From Fusobacteriia bacterium UBA1095 (lineage in GTDB: Bacteria; Fusobacteriota; Fusobacteriia; Bac17; UBA816), in contig DCBY01000012.1 in the NCBI GenBank assembly GCA_002313635.1, forward strand, positions 7,859-71,858: a stretch of DNA of 64,000 nucleotides, in the 5' to 3' direction. The notes beneath the pieces were generated by a model. The model saw only the letters and a list, made by a program, of their open reading frames with translations, made no database searches and was not told the DNA's origin. Position 1 is the first letter of the stretch. The number at the start of each line of letters is the position of its first letter. The position numbers and the translations under genes are program-made. Positions 28,972 through 39,769 of the stretch are shown here, piece after piece.

Positions 28972-30516
28972 TTACTTCTTGTACTCTTCAGGCTTTTTTC
29001 CATTGCTATCTTCTTTATCCCTACCAAAACCTAAGCTTATAGCCCTGTCTGCTAAATCATTTTGTCCATAGTAGTAAAGGGCATGTAACACGTATGTCCT
29101 CTCATCATTGTCTAATTCAACAATAGACGATTGGCAACCCAGGATTCTTGGAAAACTGAAGTTCCTCTTATCTTTTTTCTGCCTCTCTAGTATATCTAAG
29201 CACTTACCAAATACATCCCATTTTTGCATTTGAACCGATAAGCTCACAAGATTATGAACTACTTCAGCATCATTTCGAGCTCTTCCTGCCATATCAACTC
29301 GAACATCTTTATCCATTTTGTTAAGCACACTCATAACCTGCTTGTCTGCACCTTTACGCAACATTCTAACCAAAAATATTTCATCATAAGGCTCAGCTAT
29401 ATTTACACCATACTTTCTATGATCTTTGCCTTTCTTGTTCAGTTCATGGTCCACAAAATCCACAACTAAGTCAAATAAATTGTTGTCAACCGCTATGTGA
29501 AGTGGAGAGTAACCTCTGCTATTACCTCCTCCGTTCCTATCAGGAAGTGGATCATAAGGAATTGTAAGATTTTTCTCTGATAATTTCCTGAAAGCATACT
29601 CCCAAAATTCAGATTTACTCTGAAGCTTAGCTACATAATTTTCTTTACCCTCTTCCCTACTATTTTCATCCAATACTGAAAGTCCTGAATTACCAAAATT
29701 ATCAACATAAAAATCAAAAGCACACTTGAAAGACTCTATGCTATAACCCAGACAGTGAGCTACCAAAGTCACATCATTAATTTTTTTATATTGTTCTTTA
29801 GAATCTCCAATAGTGTTAAGTAGATATTTGAAAATTTCGGATGAGTTAGCGGCAGCATATAGCAGTGGGTGACTGTCTTCCCCTATAGCCCAATCAAACC
29901 CATCTTGGATAAGAAAATCTATCATCTTTCTATTTTCAATCTTTTCATCTATACAAAATTGAATTAAGTTTTTACCTTCACTTCTAGCATCTTGATATTT
30001 AAAAGGTATCTCTTTTAACAGATCTTCATAACCATTTTTCAATGCAAAAGTGAAAAGAGGCCAGGAATTGTATGAAGAGTACCCCTTGAACATCTCATCA
30101 TATTCAGAGAGGTCATATAGAACTTGTAATCTATTCTCTTCATCTTGTCCAGCTAATTTAGCTAGTACAAAATCTTTTACATCTGGCTTAAGAGAGGAGA
30201 TGACATCTTTAGGGATAGAGGTAGTATCAATAAAACTCCAAACTTCTCTTACGACAGATTCATCCGTATTATTACTTTGCAAAATAGAACAAATACGTTT
30301 ATTCACAAATTTCAAAGTCCCTTCCTTGTCTTCAGATAGCGCTAACTTAAAGGCTTTAACAAAGGCTTCAGGTCCTTCCTTCAGGGATTTATCTAAATCT
30401 ACAGATTCACTGGGTTCTTCAACATCATCTACTAATTGTACATCTTCAACCTCTTTTTTATTAGGAGAACCCTTAAATGAGCACTCACATAAAAAAAGTA
30501 ATAACAAAACAAACAT
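28972..30516 (-). CDS. Hypothetical secreted/lipoprotein (514 aa) with degenerate ankyrin-like segments
   Basis: N-terminal signal MFVLLLLFLCECSF. ANK-like segments GYSPLHIAVDNNLFDLV and HPLLYAAANSSEIFKYLL. The stop abuts the convergent gene. Confidence 0.55.
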   Translation of the reverse strand: MFVLLLLFLCECSFKGSPNKKEVEDVQLVDDVEEPSESVDLDKSLKEGPEAFVKAFKLALSEDKEGTLKFVNKRICSILQSNNTDESVVREVWSFIDTTSIPKDVISSLKPDVKDFVLAKLAGQDEENRLQVLYDLSEYDEMFKGYSSYNSWPLFTFALKNGYEDLLKEIPFKYQDARSEGKNLIQFCIDEKIENRKMIDFLIQDGFDWAIGEDSHPLLYAAANSSEIFKYLLNTIGDSKEQYKKINDVTLVAHCLGYSIESFKCAFDFYVDNFGNSGLSVLDENSREEGKENYVAKLQSKSEFWEYAFRKLSEKNLTIPYDPLPDRNGGGNSRGYSPLHIAVDNNLFDLVVDFVDHELNKKGKDHRKYGVNIAEPYDEIFLVRMLRKGADKQVMSVLNKMDKDVRVDMAGRARNDAEVVHNLVSLSVQMQKWDVFGKCLDILERQKKDKRNFSFPRILGCQSSIVELDNDERTYVLHALYYYGQNDLADRAISLGFGRDKEDSNGKKPEEYKK

Positions 30517-30517
30517 C

Positions 30518-31819
30518 TTACCTCACTTCGATGCTACTTAGAGTATCTCTCTTTTGTTTCAAGATAGCATCTAAATTTCTTAATTCTATTTGCAATGCCT
30601 CACGTGAATCAAAGATTTTCAATATCTCTTCAGCATCCTTAGGATCCTTTGCAAATCTCTCAGTTCCCTTTATAATTTCATCAGAAAGGTAGTTAACCTT
30701 CCCCTCTAGGAATGACTCCAAATCCTTAATTCCGAACTGCTCAAAAAGAAGACTGTTTAACTTAGATGCTCTATCTGATATCCTAGCTATTACCTCATCT
30801 ATCTTTTTCTTTATACTGTCAATTTCATCCTCTATTTTAGCAACAAACTGAGTATGATCTCTTTTGCTCATCTTTCGTGAAATAATTTTACCTTTACGGG
30901 GCGTTGCTTTTGAGGCCAAACCATCAATAAGTTTTACTGACTCTGAAGCTCTCCAGGTAACGTCATCTTCTGAGACTACTTTCTCGTATAAATAGGATGG
31001 TAATTCAAAAATATCCGGGATATCCAGAAGAATATTTAGAATAGATGCTATCTTGTCCTCTTCAGATTTAAGTTCGGTCTTACATACCTCTCTTATCATC
31101 ATCTCTCTCTTTTTATCACCTAGTCCTAGTTTTGAAGCTCTCTGCCTTATCTCCCTTATAGAACTAACTCTTATCTTACATACATCCACAAACAGGTGCA
31201 GAGGATTGTCTATCAATATATCTTCTACACATTCGTAAGCCTGTTTTTTTCGCCCCAACTCTATCTCAGGTAGACTAAGGGTAGAAACAATTAAATCTTT
31301 ATCAAACAGAGCACGGAACAGGCCTGACTTAACAAGAAAGCTTAATATGTTCACAGACTTTTCATTGAAAATAGCCTTGTATATCTGTGAATTGTGGCTT
31401 TCATCTAAATCGCCATCTTTGTAAGAAAGAATTAAATTTTTTATAACATCTTCTTGACTCCTAGCAATCTTAACTCTGAAAGCTATAACATCATCATTTT
31501 CACAAATTCTAAAAGAAAAATTCAGATCAGCTGAATCTCCGTAATTATCCCTAAAGGTGTCCAGAAGACTTTTATGACTCTTGATGTCCACCTCAAAAGA
31601 CCTGGAAAGGAATTTTTTGTAAGTATCTAAAGAATATCTTCCTTTGCTGTCTTTATTTTGTTCTTCAATAGCATTTTTGATATGTAGAAAAAGATCTTGA
31701 TCCTCTTTTCCTAGAGAGTTGAATTCTTTGTCATAAACTTTATGCTTAACCCTGAAATTATATTTACCACAAGACCCCAAAAACAGTAGGCTAGAGAGAA
31801 CCAAAGACCTCTTATCCAT
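30518..31819 (-). CDS. Hypothetical lipoprotein (433 aa)
   Basis: Signal/lipobox LFLGSCG. Its stop lies 1 nt from the start of the downstream 514-aa ORF, which suggests translational coupling. Confidence 0.55.
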   Translation of the reverse strand: MDKRSLVLSSLLFLGSCGKYNFRVKHKVYDKEFNSLGKEDQDLFLHIKNAIEEQNKDSKGRYSLDTYKKFLSRSFEVDIKSHKSLLDTFRDNYGDSADLNFSFRICENDDVIAFRVKIARSQEDVIKNLILSYKDGDLDESHNSQIYKAIFNEKSVNILSFLVKSGLFRALFDKDLIVSTLSLPEIELGRKKQAYECVEDILIDNPLHLFVDVCKIRVSSIREIRQRASKLGLGDKKREMMIREVCKTELKSEEDKIASILNILLDIPDIFELPSYLYEKVVSEDDVTWRASESVKLIDGLASKATPRKGKIISRKMSKRDHTQFVAKIEDEIDSIKKKIDEVIARISDRASKLNSLLFEQFGIKDLESFLEGKVNYLSDEIIKGTERFAKDPKDAEEILKIFDSREALQIELRNLDAILKQKRDTLSSIEVR

Positions 31820-31889
31820 TTTTTCTCCTTAATTGGTATGATAATTGGATACTATCACAGTTCTCTATTATGTGCAATATTTTATTATA

Positions 31890-34082
31890 TTATTGACCAT
31901 TTTTTGAATATTTTCTTATATTCTTACATTTAGGGTAGGAAGAGCATGATAAAAATATTCCCCACTTGCCTTCTCTAACCATCATCTTACTCTCACATTT
32001 CTCACAAGGAGCAGCCTTTTTCTCTATAGCTTCTCTCTCCTTTTTTATGATATCTAGCTTAGCAGCAAGCTCCACAAAATTAGAATTCAAATCTAACTTC
32101 AGATTTTTTGGTATAGATTGTCTTACCTTTTTTCCATCTATTTCTGCCTCTAAGTAGTGTCCATAAGGACCTTGCTTCAATACTGCATCTTTACCAGATA
32201 TCTTTACGTCAGTTTTTACACCTTCTTTTCTTTTTTGCTCTTTTTTTACACTGTTGGCAAGATGCACAAAACCCTCTTTCTCTTCTTCTAAACTAACAGC
32301 TTCTGATGGCACTGATTTTTTGTGCTTATTCTCGCACTCAACATAAGGACCAAACCTTCCTCTTTTCAGCTGCATAGTTAGACCGCAATCTTCACACTTA
32401 AGATCTGTATCAATTTTTCTACTCAAGTCTTCTTGTAATTTATTTTTGAATTTCTCTAAATTTTGCTCAAATCCTTTATAGAACTCTTTTAAAATTGATA
32501 GCCATTCTTTTTTGTCTTCCTCTATATCGTCTAAGTTACTCTCCATATCTGAGGTAAATTTAACATTCATTATATTTGGAAAATTTTCATCTAATATATC
32601 TTTAACAGCATAACCCAAAGGGGTAGGCTGAAACTTCTTCTCTTCTAAGCTCACATAATCTCTACTTTTTAATGTTTCAACAATAGTAGTAAAGGTGGAT
32701 GGTCTTCCTATACCTTCCTTTTCAAGCTTTTTGATTAAAGATGCCTCTGTAAATCTAGCAGGAGGTTTTGTCTGGTTCTCCTTTATCTCTAGCTCATCTA
32801 GTGCAAGACTACTCTTTATTTTGGGAAACTCACTCAAATAGTCTTCTTTTGACTTAGGATAGATTTTGAAATATCCATCAAAGGTGATCTTATTGAAAAG
32901 TGACTTGAATGCAAAGCCTTCTCTATCAGCAATTACCTCTAGCTGGTCATACTTCATGTCTGACATCTGGGATGCCAAAAACCTATTGTATATTAATTTA
33001 TAAAGTTTATACTCTTCACTCTTTAGGAAACTTCTTATAGAATCTGGACTTCTAGAAAGAGTTGTAGGCCTTATAGCTTCATGGGCATCCTGAGCCTTTT
33101 TGTCTTTTTTATCGCCTCTCCTCTGATGATAATTCTTACCAAACTCTTTTGTTATAAATGATCTTGCCTCTTCTCTAGCATCATCAGAGATTCTAGTAGA
33201 ATCAGTTCTCATATAGGTTATAAGACCTGTCATACTACCATTTATATCTATTCCTGAATATAAATTTTGCGCTATTCTCATAGTCCTAGATGGTGAAAAG
33301 CTAAGCTCTGTTGATGCTGTCTGTTGCAAGGTACTTGTCTTGAACGGTAGAGAAGGACTACTCAACTTTTTCTTTATAGAGGAGGATGTGGCAAAAATCT
33401 CCCCTTTCATCTCTTCAAGCTTTGAAAGGGACTTCCTATCACTTACTCTATCAGCCTTTTTATCATTTATCTTAAATAGGGACAATTTGATACCTTCGAA
33501 AAATCCATCTGCTGTCCAATATTTCTCCGGAACAAATTTCTTTATCTCATCTTCAAGCTTACATATAAGCTTTAGAGCCACAGATTGAACTCTACCAGCA
33601 CTTGTACTATATCCTAATTTTTTCCATAAAAGAGGACTTATACTGTAACCTACCAGCCTATCTAAAATTCTTCTTGTCTGCTGTGCATTCACTTTTTTCA
33701 TATCAATCTCTCTAGGAGATGATATTGCATTCTTAACTGCTTTAGAAGTAATCTCGTTAAACTCTATTCTTGTTTTCCCTGAATTAATTCCTAACAGGTC
33801 TGATAAGAAAAAAGAGATAGCTTCACCCTCTCTATCAGGGTCAGAAGCCAGGTAGACTTCAGAAGCTTTCTTTACTCTATCTTTCAAGTCTTTAACTATT
33901 TTTGATTTATTTTTATCTATAACGTATTCTGTTTTAAAATCATTCTCTATATCTACACCCATTTTTGTTTTTGGAAGATCTATTACATGACCGTTAGATG
34001 CAACAACATCATATCCGTCACCCAGTATCTTTCTAATAGTTTTTGCTTTGGATGAAGACTCTACAATTACAAGTTTTGACAT
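31890..34082 (-). CDS. topA: DNA topoisomerase I
   Basis: TOPRIM N-terminus MSKLVIVESSSKAKTI, then the topoisomerase IA core. Two C-terminal C4 zinc ribbons (CEDCG...C..C and CEKCES...C..C). 730 aa. Confidence 0.9.
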   Translation of the reverse strand: MSKLVIVESSSKAKTIRKILGDGYDVVASNGHVIDLPKTKMGVDIENDFKTEYVIDKNKSKIVKDLKDRVKKASEVYLASDPDREGEAISFFLSDLLGINSGKTRIEFNEITSKAVKNAISSPREIDMKKVNAQQTRRILDRLVGYSISPLLWKKLGYSTSAGRVQSVALKLICKLEDEIKKFVPEKYWTADGFFEGIKLSLFKINDKKADRVSDRKSLSKLEEMKGEIFATSSSIKKKLSSPSLPFKTSTLQQTASTELSFSPSRTMRIAQNLYSGIDINGSMTGLITYMRTDSTRISDDAREEARSFITKEFGKNYHQRRGDKKDKKAQDAHEAIRPTTLSRSPDSIRSFLKSEEYKLYKLIYNRFLASQMSDMKYDQLEVIADREGFAFKSLFNKITFDGYFKIYPKSKEDYLSEFPKIKSSLALDELEIKENQTKPPARFTEASLIKKLEKEGIGRPSTFTTIVETLKSRDYVSLEEKKFQPTPLGYAVKDILDENFPNIMNVKFTSDMESNLDDIEEDKKEWLSILKEFYKGFEQNLEKFKNKLQEDLSRKIDTDLKCEDCGLTMQLKRGRFGPYVECENKHKKSVPSEAVSLEEEKEGFVHLANSVKKEQKRKEGVKTDVKISGKDAVLKQGPYGHYLEAEIDGKKVRQSIPKNLKLDLNSNFVELAAKLDIIKKEREAIEKKAAPCEKCESKMMVREGKWGIFLSCSSYPKCKNIRKYSKNGQ

Positions 34083-34089
34083 TTAATTC

Positions 34090-34383
34090 CTAATTTATTA
34101 TTTTATTTTGCCCAATACCCCTATATTCTAAAAGATCTTCAAGGCACTCTAAATCTAGGATACCAAAAATTGATGAAATGTCTACCAATATATTCTCAAA
34201 ACACTCTTCACTTATCGAAAAACTCTGCTTTAAATTGATTAAATGAGCTAATGCATCCTCCGTTAAATTTTCCACCTCCATAGGGTTAATAATCCTAAAA
34301 GAGAAGTTATCACTTTCGTTCAAAAGTGAGTTAACATTGTTGTCTGTATTTTTGAAAACCGGAGTAGATAAAATTGATTGCAT
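34090..34383 (-). CDS. Small hypothetical protein (97 aa). Its position downstream of xseA would fit xseB, but the sequence match is weak.
   Basis: Placed on position only. Acidic helical peptide. Confidence 0.25.
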   Translation of the reverse strand: MQSILSTPVFKNTDNNVNSLLNESDNFSFRIINPMEVENLTEDALAHLINLKQSFSISEECFENILVDISSIFGILDLECLEDLLEYRGIGQNKIIN

Positions 34384-34484
34384 AGCCTCTCCTTGATATT
34401 TAATATTTCCAAACGAAGTTTAATACCATAAAATGAAAAAATCAAAAATTTTATGCCACTTTCCCCAGATAAGCCGGCTAAGTG

Positions 34485-35741
34485 CTATTTTTTAGCTATT
34501 ACCTTACTTCTCACTACACCATCCGTAAGTCTTGTCTCTATTTCATCGTTGATTTCAATCTGTTTCATACTAGAAATATTACTACCTTTCAGAAAAGTTA
34601 ATGAGTATCCTCTAGATAGTATGTCTAGAGGATTAAGGCAGTTAACAAGGTTAACTTTAGGCAAAAAACTACTCTTTAAATTCTCTAGTTTTGCACTAAT
34701 TTTACTATTAAGGTCCTTCAATCTATCATCTACTGCTATGAAATTACTCTCTACCCTATCAGGGAAGTTCTTAAAGGTATATGAGGATACCCTGTTATCC
34801 AACGATCTCGATACATCTTTCAGAAGATTTTGCATAGAAGAGTGCATAACAGACTCTTTTGAAGCCAGTTTTGTAAAGTTACTCTCTACGCAGAAGAGCA
34901 AATTTCTATTTAAGAGGTTAAATCTGCTATTCAAATTATTTATAATCTCTTTTTCATTAAGAACTGCTATAACAGCAGCTTGGGTAGGTGTAGCAGCTCT
35001 AGCATCAGCTACAAAATCAGAAATAACATAATCTGTTTCATGCCCAACTGCTGAAATTATTGGTTTTTTTGATTCAAATATAGCTTCTGCAAGAGATTCA
35101 GAATTGAATAGATTTAAATCTTCAAAGCTTCCTCCACCTCTTCCTATTATGATTATATCTACACTATCAAATGAGTTAAAAAACTCTATTCCTTTAATAA
35201 TGTCCTCTACAGAATCTCCTTGAACCTGAGCAGGATATAAAAAGATATTTACACCCTTTGAACGTGATATAGCAGTGCTAACTATATCCCTTATCACAGC
35301 TCCTTTTTCTGAAGTAACAACTCCTACGTTCAACGAAGGTACTATCTCTTTCTTAAATTTGGAGTCAAAGTAGCCCTTTTCAGATAACTTCTCTTTAAGC
35401 GCTAAATACTTCTTATATAGGTCACCATGATCCTTCTTTTTTTCAATAAAGTTACATAGAATTTGATACTGCCCTGAAGCTTCATATATAGTTAGCCTTC
35501 CATATAATCTCACAGAGTCACCATGCTTCAAACTACTATCTACACCTTTACTTTTATATGAAAATACTACTGCTTTTAAGTTAGCCCTACTATCCTTCAC
35601 TGTAAAGTAGAGATGTCCACTAACATGATAAGTAATGTTAGAAAGCTCTCCCTCCACCGCTATCATGTTAGGACTATTTTTTTCTAATATATTTTTAGCT
35701 ACTCTGTTAGCTTCAGATACTGTTAATATTTCGTTAAACAT
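34485..35741 (-). CDS. xseA: Exodeoxyribonuclease VII large subunit
   Basis: N-terminal OB-fold (VEGELSNITYHVSGHLYFTVKD, AVVF) and the central catalytic domain GRGGGS. 418 aa. Confidence 0.85.
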   Translation of the reverse strand: MFNEILTVSEANRVAKNILEKNSPNMIAVEGELSNITYHVSGHLYFTVKDSRANLKAVVFSYKSKGVDSSLKHGDSVRLYGRLTIYEASGQYQILCNFIEKKKDHGDLYKKYLALKEKLSEKGYFDSKFKKEIVPSLNVGVVTSEKGAVIRDIVSTAISRSKGVNIFLYPAQVQGDSVEDIIKGIEFFNSFDSVDIIIIGRGGGSFEDLNLFNSESLAEAIFESKKPIISAVGHETDYVISDFVADARAATPTQAAVIAVLNEKEIINNLNSRFNLLNRNLLFCVESNFTKLASKESVMHSSMQNLLKDVSRSLDNRVSSYTFKNFPDRVESNFIAVDDRLKDLNSKISAKLENLKSSFLPKVNLVNCLNPLDILSRGYSLTFLKGSNISSMKQIEINDEIETRLTDGVVRSKVIAKK

Positions 35742-36675
35742 TTACTTTCATCCAATCAAAAATAGTTTCATAAACTTTATCTCTGACATCTCTCCTAGAA
35801 AGGAATAGATCATGTATACCATCTTTTATAGGGATGTAAGTAACGTCTCTTCCTAAAAGCTTAGACCTATTCTTTATATCCTCAACATTCAAAAGAATAT
35901 CTGAATCTTGTTTATATTTTTTCAAATTAGATTCACTCTTATCTGAAGATAGTACTAGTACAGGCTTAACTATTCCTAAACCCTCTTCTAGCTCTTTTAT
36001 TCCATCTATCATAGCTCTGAACCACCCCATATATAATGGTATGTTTTTGTGAATAACCAGATCTTCATTGTCTATGTTAAGCCTGGTAATATAATCCTTA
36101 TACTTATCAGTATTGACATTATATTTTATAAAGGGAAATACTTTTGCTATTCCCATTGCTATAGGTCTCAAAATATAATCTCTAAGAGTATTGTCACTAA
36201 ATTTGAAAAGAGGGCTTATCAATATAAGAGCAGATATGTGATCTCTGTAAAAACCTCTTTTCATGTACAAGGAAGAAATCAGGCCACCCATAGAAAAACC
36301 TTTCAATATTATCTTATTGTGCCTCCTCAAAATTTCATATATTGCTATATCAATCTCATTGAAATATTCTTCTATTCTCTCTATATAAAATTTCTCTTCT
36401 TCACTAGTTATAGACCTACCGTGTTCTCTAAGGTCTAGCCCATAAAAAGAGTATCCATTCTTAATATAACTTTGAGCCTCTTCAGGATTGTGGACACAGT
36501 CAGCAAATCCATGTATGTATAGTACAGCTTCATTAGATTTTTGGTCACTGTAAACAAGAGTAGCTCTCTTGTTTTTGCTCAAAGTTATACTTCTCTTTTT
36601 GAATCCACTCAGAATATTATCTTTTTCAGGATCATTTATTTTTCCTTTTAAAGTTCCTGCTATTTCCCTACTCAT
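35734..36675 (-). CDS. Alpha/beta hydrolase (lysophospholipase/monoglyceride lipase-like)
   Basis: HGFADC...GFSMGG nucleophile elbow and a C-terminal DGIHD. 313 aa. Confidence 0.65.
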   Translation of the reverse strand: MSREIAGTLKGKINDPEKDNILSGFKKRSITLSKNKRATLVYSDQKSNEAVLYIHGFADCVHNPEEAQSYIKNGYSFYGLDLREHGRSITSEEEKFYIERIEEYFNEIDIAIYEILRRHNKIILKGFSMGGLISSLYMKRGFYRDHISALILISPLFKFSDNTLRDYILRPIAMGIAKVFPFIKYNVNTDKYKDYITRLNIDNEDLVIHKNIPLYMGWFRAMIDGIKELEEGLGIVKPVLVLSSDKSESNLKKYKQDSDILLNVEDIKNRSKLLGRDVTYIPIKDGIHDLFLSRRDVRDKVYETIFDWMKVNV

Positions 36676-37511
36676 ATCTTCTCCCCAAACTTTATTTCAT
36701 TATATACTTTTTTTAATCTATCTTTAGATATATGGGTATATATCTCTGTAGTAGACACACTGCTGTGACCTAAAATTTCTTGAACGTGCCTGATATTAGC
36801 TCCATTGTTCAACATTATTGTAGCAAAAGAGTGCCTAAATATGTGAGGATATATTTTTTTATCTACCCCAGCCTTAAGGGCATATTTTTTTAGTCTACTC
36901 CAATACAAATTTCTAGAAATATTAGGAAACAAAAGTTCTGTTCTGCCTTTGGTAAAAAGTTCTCTAAAATCTTTTATGTAGCTTGCTAAAGAGTCTGCTA
37001 CACCCTCTTGTATAGGAACTATTCTAACTTTATCTCCTTTACCTAAAATCCTCAAAGTTCTATTCTCTAAGTCAACATCGTGCAATTTTAAATTCACAAC
37101 TTCACTTATCCTAGATCCAGTATAGACTAGAATATCAAATATCATTCTATCTCTAACGCCCTTATAATCACCTGTAAAGGTTTGTGCAATTGCTTTTATC
37201 TCTTCACCGGAGAGGTATGACGGTATTTTTTGATCCATTTTTATACCTTTTATGTTTTCCATAGGGGAAAACTCTACATAATTATTAGAGAGTAAAAATC
37301 TATAGAGAGACTTCAAAGAAGAGATCTTTCTCACTAAACTTCTAGTGGAGCACTCCATAGACAAAAGATAATCTCTCACTTGGTCCTCTGAGACAACAAA
37401 AGTACCAAAAAAATCAAAAAAATCCTCTATATCTCTCTTGTAAGAAGAGAGTGTATTCTTGGAGAGACCCCTCTCCAAAATAATATAATCATAAAAAAGA
37501 TTCTGTAACAT
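36672..37511 (-). CDS. xerD: XerC/XerD-family tyrosine recombinase
   Basis: Catalytic tail HIFRHSFATIMLNNGANIRHVQEILGHSSVSTTEIYTHI (R..H..R..Y). 279 aa. Embedded in a housekeeping operon. Confidence 0.75.
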   Translation of the reverse strand: MLQNLFYDYIILERGLSKNTLSSYKRDIEDFFDFFGTFVVSEDQVRDYLLSMECSTRSLVRKISSLKSLYRFLLSNNYVEFSPMENIKGIKMDQKIPSYLSGEEIKAIAQTFTGDYKGVRDRMIFDILVYTGSRISEVVNLKLHDVDLENRTLRILGKGDKVRIVPIQEGVADSLASYIKDFRELFTKGRTELLFPNISRNLYWSRLKKYALKAGVDKKIYPHIFRHSFATIMLNNGANIRHVQEILGHSSVSTTEIYTHISKDRLKKVYNEIKFGEKI

Positions 37512-38500
37512 TAGTAAAACTGCTTTAATAACCTAAGATCATTCTCATATAGAAGACGTATGTCTTTTATCCCATATTTTATCATTACAAGCCTCTCTAT
37601 GCCCATACCAAAAGCAAAACCCCTAATATCACTCAAGGTATACCCAAAATGCTTCAAAACTTCAGGTGATATCATGCCACAACCCAAAATTTCTATCCAA
37701 CCACTCTTTTTACATACATTGCACCCCATACCACTGCATGAAGGGCAAGACATATCTAACTCAGCTGAAGGCTCTGTAAAGGGGAAAAAGTGTGGTCTAA
37801 ACCTTGTTTTAGCATCAGGAAATAGGGATACTATAAATTCATTCAAAATTGCCTTCAAATTAGCAAAAGTAGCACCTTTAACTAAAAATATCCCATCCAT
37901 CTGGTGGAACATAGGGGTATGAGTAGCATCATAGTCAGGTCTGTACACTTTACCAGCTGATATAGCAACTATTGGTGGTTTTTCCCTCTCTAAGCACCTT
38001 ATTTGTACCGTGGTAGTGTGTGTTCTTAACAACCTATTATCATGGAAATAGAAAGTATCACTTAAGTTCCTTGATGGATGTGAAGGGGGAACATTTAAAG
38101 CGTCAAAATTTCTAAAAACACTCTCTATCTCAGGGCCCTCTACAATATTGAATCCTAATCTAGAAAAAGCAGATCTTATTTCATTAATCATGCTAGTTAT
38201 AGGATGTAATGTACCAGAAGGGATTTCTCTACCTGGGATAGTCCTATCTATGCTTTCTGACTTTAATTTTTGGGCCATTGCCTTCTTATTTAACACAGAC
38301 AGCTGTTTGTTATATATCTCTTCAAGCTCTCTCTTCGTTTGATTTATTATTTTACCTCTCTCAGCTTTTTCGCTAGCATCTAGGTGTTTAAGCTCTTTAG
38401 TCTGTTCTGCTATTATCCCAGATTTACCGAATATCTTTACCCTTAATCTTTCAAGCTCATCCAAACTTTTAGCAACTAAGAGTTGTTCTTTTATTTCCAA
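37511..38500 (-). CDS. pheS: Phenylalanine--tRNA ligase alpha subunit
   Basis: Class II aaRS motifs FRPHFFPFTEPSAE and GFAFGMGIERL. 329 aa. Confidence 0.9.
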   Translation of the reverse strand: MEIKEQLLVAKSLDELERLRVKIFGKSGIIAEQTKELKHLDASEKAERGKIINQTKRELEEIYNKQLSVLNKKAMAQKLKSESIDRTIPGREIPSGTLHPITSMINEIRSAFSRLGFNIVEGPEIESVFRNFDALNVPPSHPSRNLSDTFYFHDNRLLRTHTTTVQIRCLEREKPPIVAISAGKVYRPDYDATHTPMFHQMDGIFLVKGATFANLKAILNEFIVSLFPDAKTRFRPHFFPFTEPSAELDMSCPSCSGMGCNVCKKSGWIEILGCGMISPEVLKHFGYTLSDIRGFAFGMGIERLVMIKYGIKDIRLLYENDLRLLKQFY

Positions 38501-38502
38501 AA

Positions 38503-39768
38503 TTATCTCTCCTTCTTAAAATAGTCTACACTTATCAGGGGTATAAAAAATATCATAGCAAAAAAACCAGAAATAATTAAGGACAAGAAGAAACTTGATG
38601 ATGATAAACGGGGAGTTATAAAATAGGCAAAAGATATGGATATGTATGACCATAACCCTGCAAAACCTGTAGAAGTTGAGACTGCGTCTCTATTTGACAC
38701 CTCCGCTATAGATAGCCCTATTAGCATTTGAGGACCATATACAAAAAATCCTGTTAAAAATATAAATAGTAGCTCTAAGTAGAAAAAGTCAGTAAACACC
38801 CAAGAAAGGTAAGAAAAAATAGCTATCCCGATACTAAATAATATATTGACTAAAGATCTTTTGCCATCAAAGAGCCTATCTGAAGCAAATCCAGATAAAA
38901 AACTACCTAGCATTCCACCAAATTCAAAAAAAGATCTAATCAAAATAGACTGAGAGTAGCTGTAACCTCTCTCTACTAAAAAAATTGTTAAAAATGCTGA
39001 GATAGACCCCCTAACGAAGTATATAAAAACAGAGGAGATTATCAGAGTCCACACGTAAGCATTGGTAAACACGTGAGAAAAGAGTTTATGCAGAAGGAAG
39101 CCCTTTTTTTTCTTAAAACTTTCACTACTATCATGCATCTCAACTATAGGTTCAAGTTCTACCTCTTCAGGTGAAGATCTAAGGCCAAAAAACAGGGCAA
39201 AGCTAAACAATACAGAGATAAATCCTGGAAGGTAAAAACCCATCAACCAATTATTAGCTAAAAAGGCATAGATTAAATTAAGGAAGAATTCACTTATGTT
39301 ATGAGAGGTACTCCATAACCCCCACCAACTACCTCTCTCTTTTTGAGTAAACCAGTTAGTTAACATCTTTGCAACTGGTGGCCAACCGCAGCCTTGGAAT
39401 ATTCCATTAAAAATCCATAAAATCAATATTAGATAAAAGGATCTACTTTGAACTACAAGTAAATTTAAAACACCACTTACAAGAAGTCCTATGGACATCA
39501 ATACACGTGGACTTGTTAAATCGGTTAAAACTCCCATAAAAAATTTACTAAAAGCATAGGCTAGAGAAGATAAGCTCAACACCAAACCTAATTCGTATTT
39601 AGTCAATATTCCATCATTGATAAAAAATAGCCCTGATATTTTTAAGCTACTTCTAGTAAAATAATAAAAAATATAGCCGAAATACATGGACAAAAATATT
39701 CTACTTCTCCAATAGACATATTTTTCATTTAAGTTACCTCTACTAAAAAGTCTATATAAAAAATTCAC
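38503..39768 (-). CDS. MFS organophosphate:Pi antiporter (GlpT/UhpT/UhpC family)
   Basis: 12 predicted TM segments and the family motif GFASDRLFDGKRS. 421 aa. Confidence 0.7.
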   Translation of the reverse strand: MNFLYRLFSRGNLNEKYVYWRSRIFLSMYFGYIFYYFTRSSLKISGLFFINDGILTKYELGLVLSLSSLAYAFSKFFMGVLTDLTSPRVLMSIGLLVSGVLNLLVVQSRSFYLILILWIFNGIFQGCGWPPVAKMLTNWFTQKERGSWWGLWSTSHNISEFFLNLIYAFLANNWLMGFYLPGFISVLFSFALFFGLRSSPEEVELEPIVEMHDSSESFKKKKGFLLHKLFSHVFTNAYVWTLIISSVFIYFVRGSISAFLTIFLVERGYSYSQSILIRSFFEFGGMLGSFLSGFASDRLFDGKRSLVNILFSIGIAIFSYLSWVFTDFFYLELLFIFLTGFFVYGPQMLIGLSIAEVSNRDAVSTSTGFAGLWSYISISFAYFITPRLSSSSFFLSLIISGFFAMIFFIPLISVDYFKKER

Positions 39769-39769
39769 C

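Noticed and set aside
34453-35031. 192-aa plus-strand ORF inside xseA
   Set aside because: Antisense to a confidently identified xseA. Hydrophobic low-complexity translation.
36672-37511. Tyrosine recombinase as evidence of an integrated mobile element
   Set aside because: It has XerC/D size and motifs. It sits in a tight run of housekeeping genes (pheS, xseA, topA) with overlapping stops and starts and no phage or IS genes nearby. Best read as chromosome dimer resolution.
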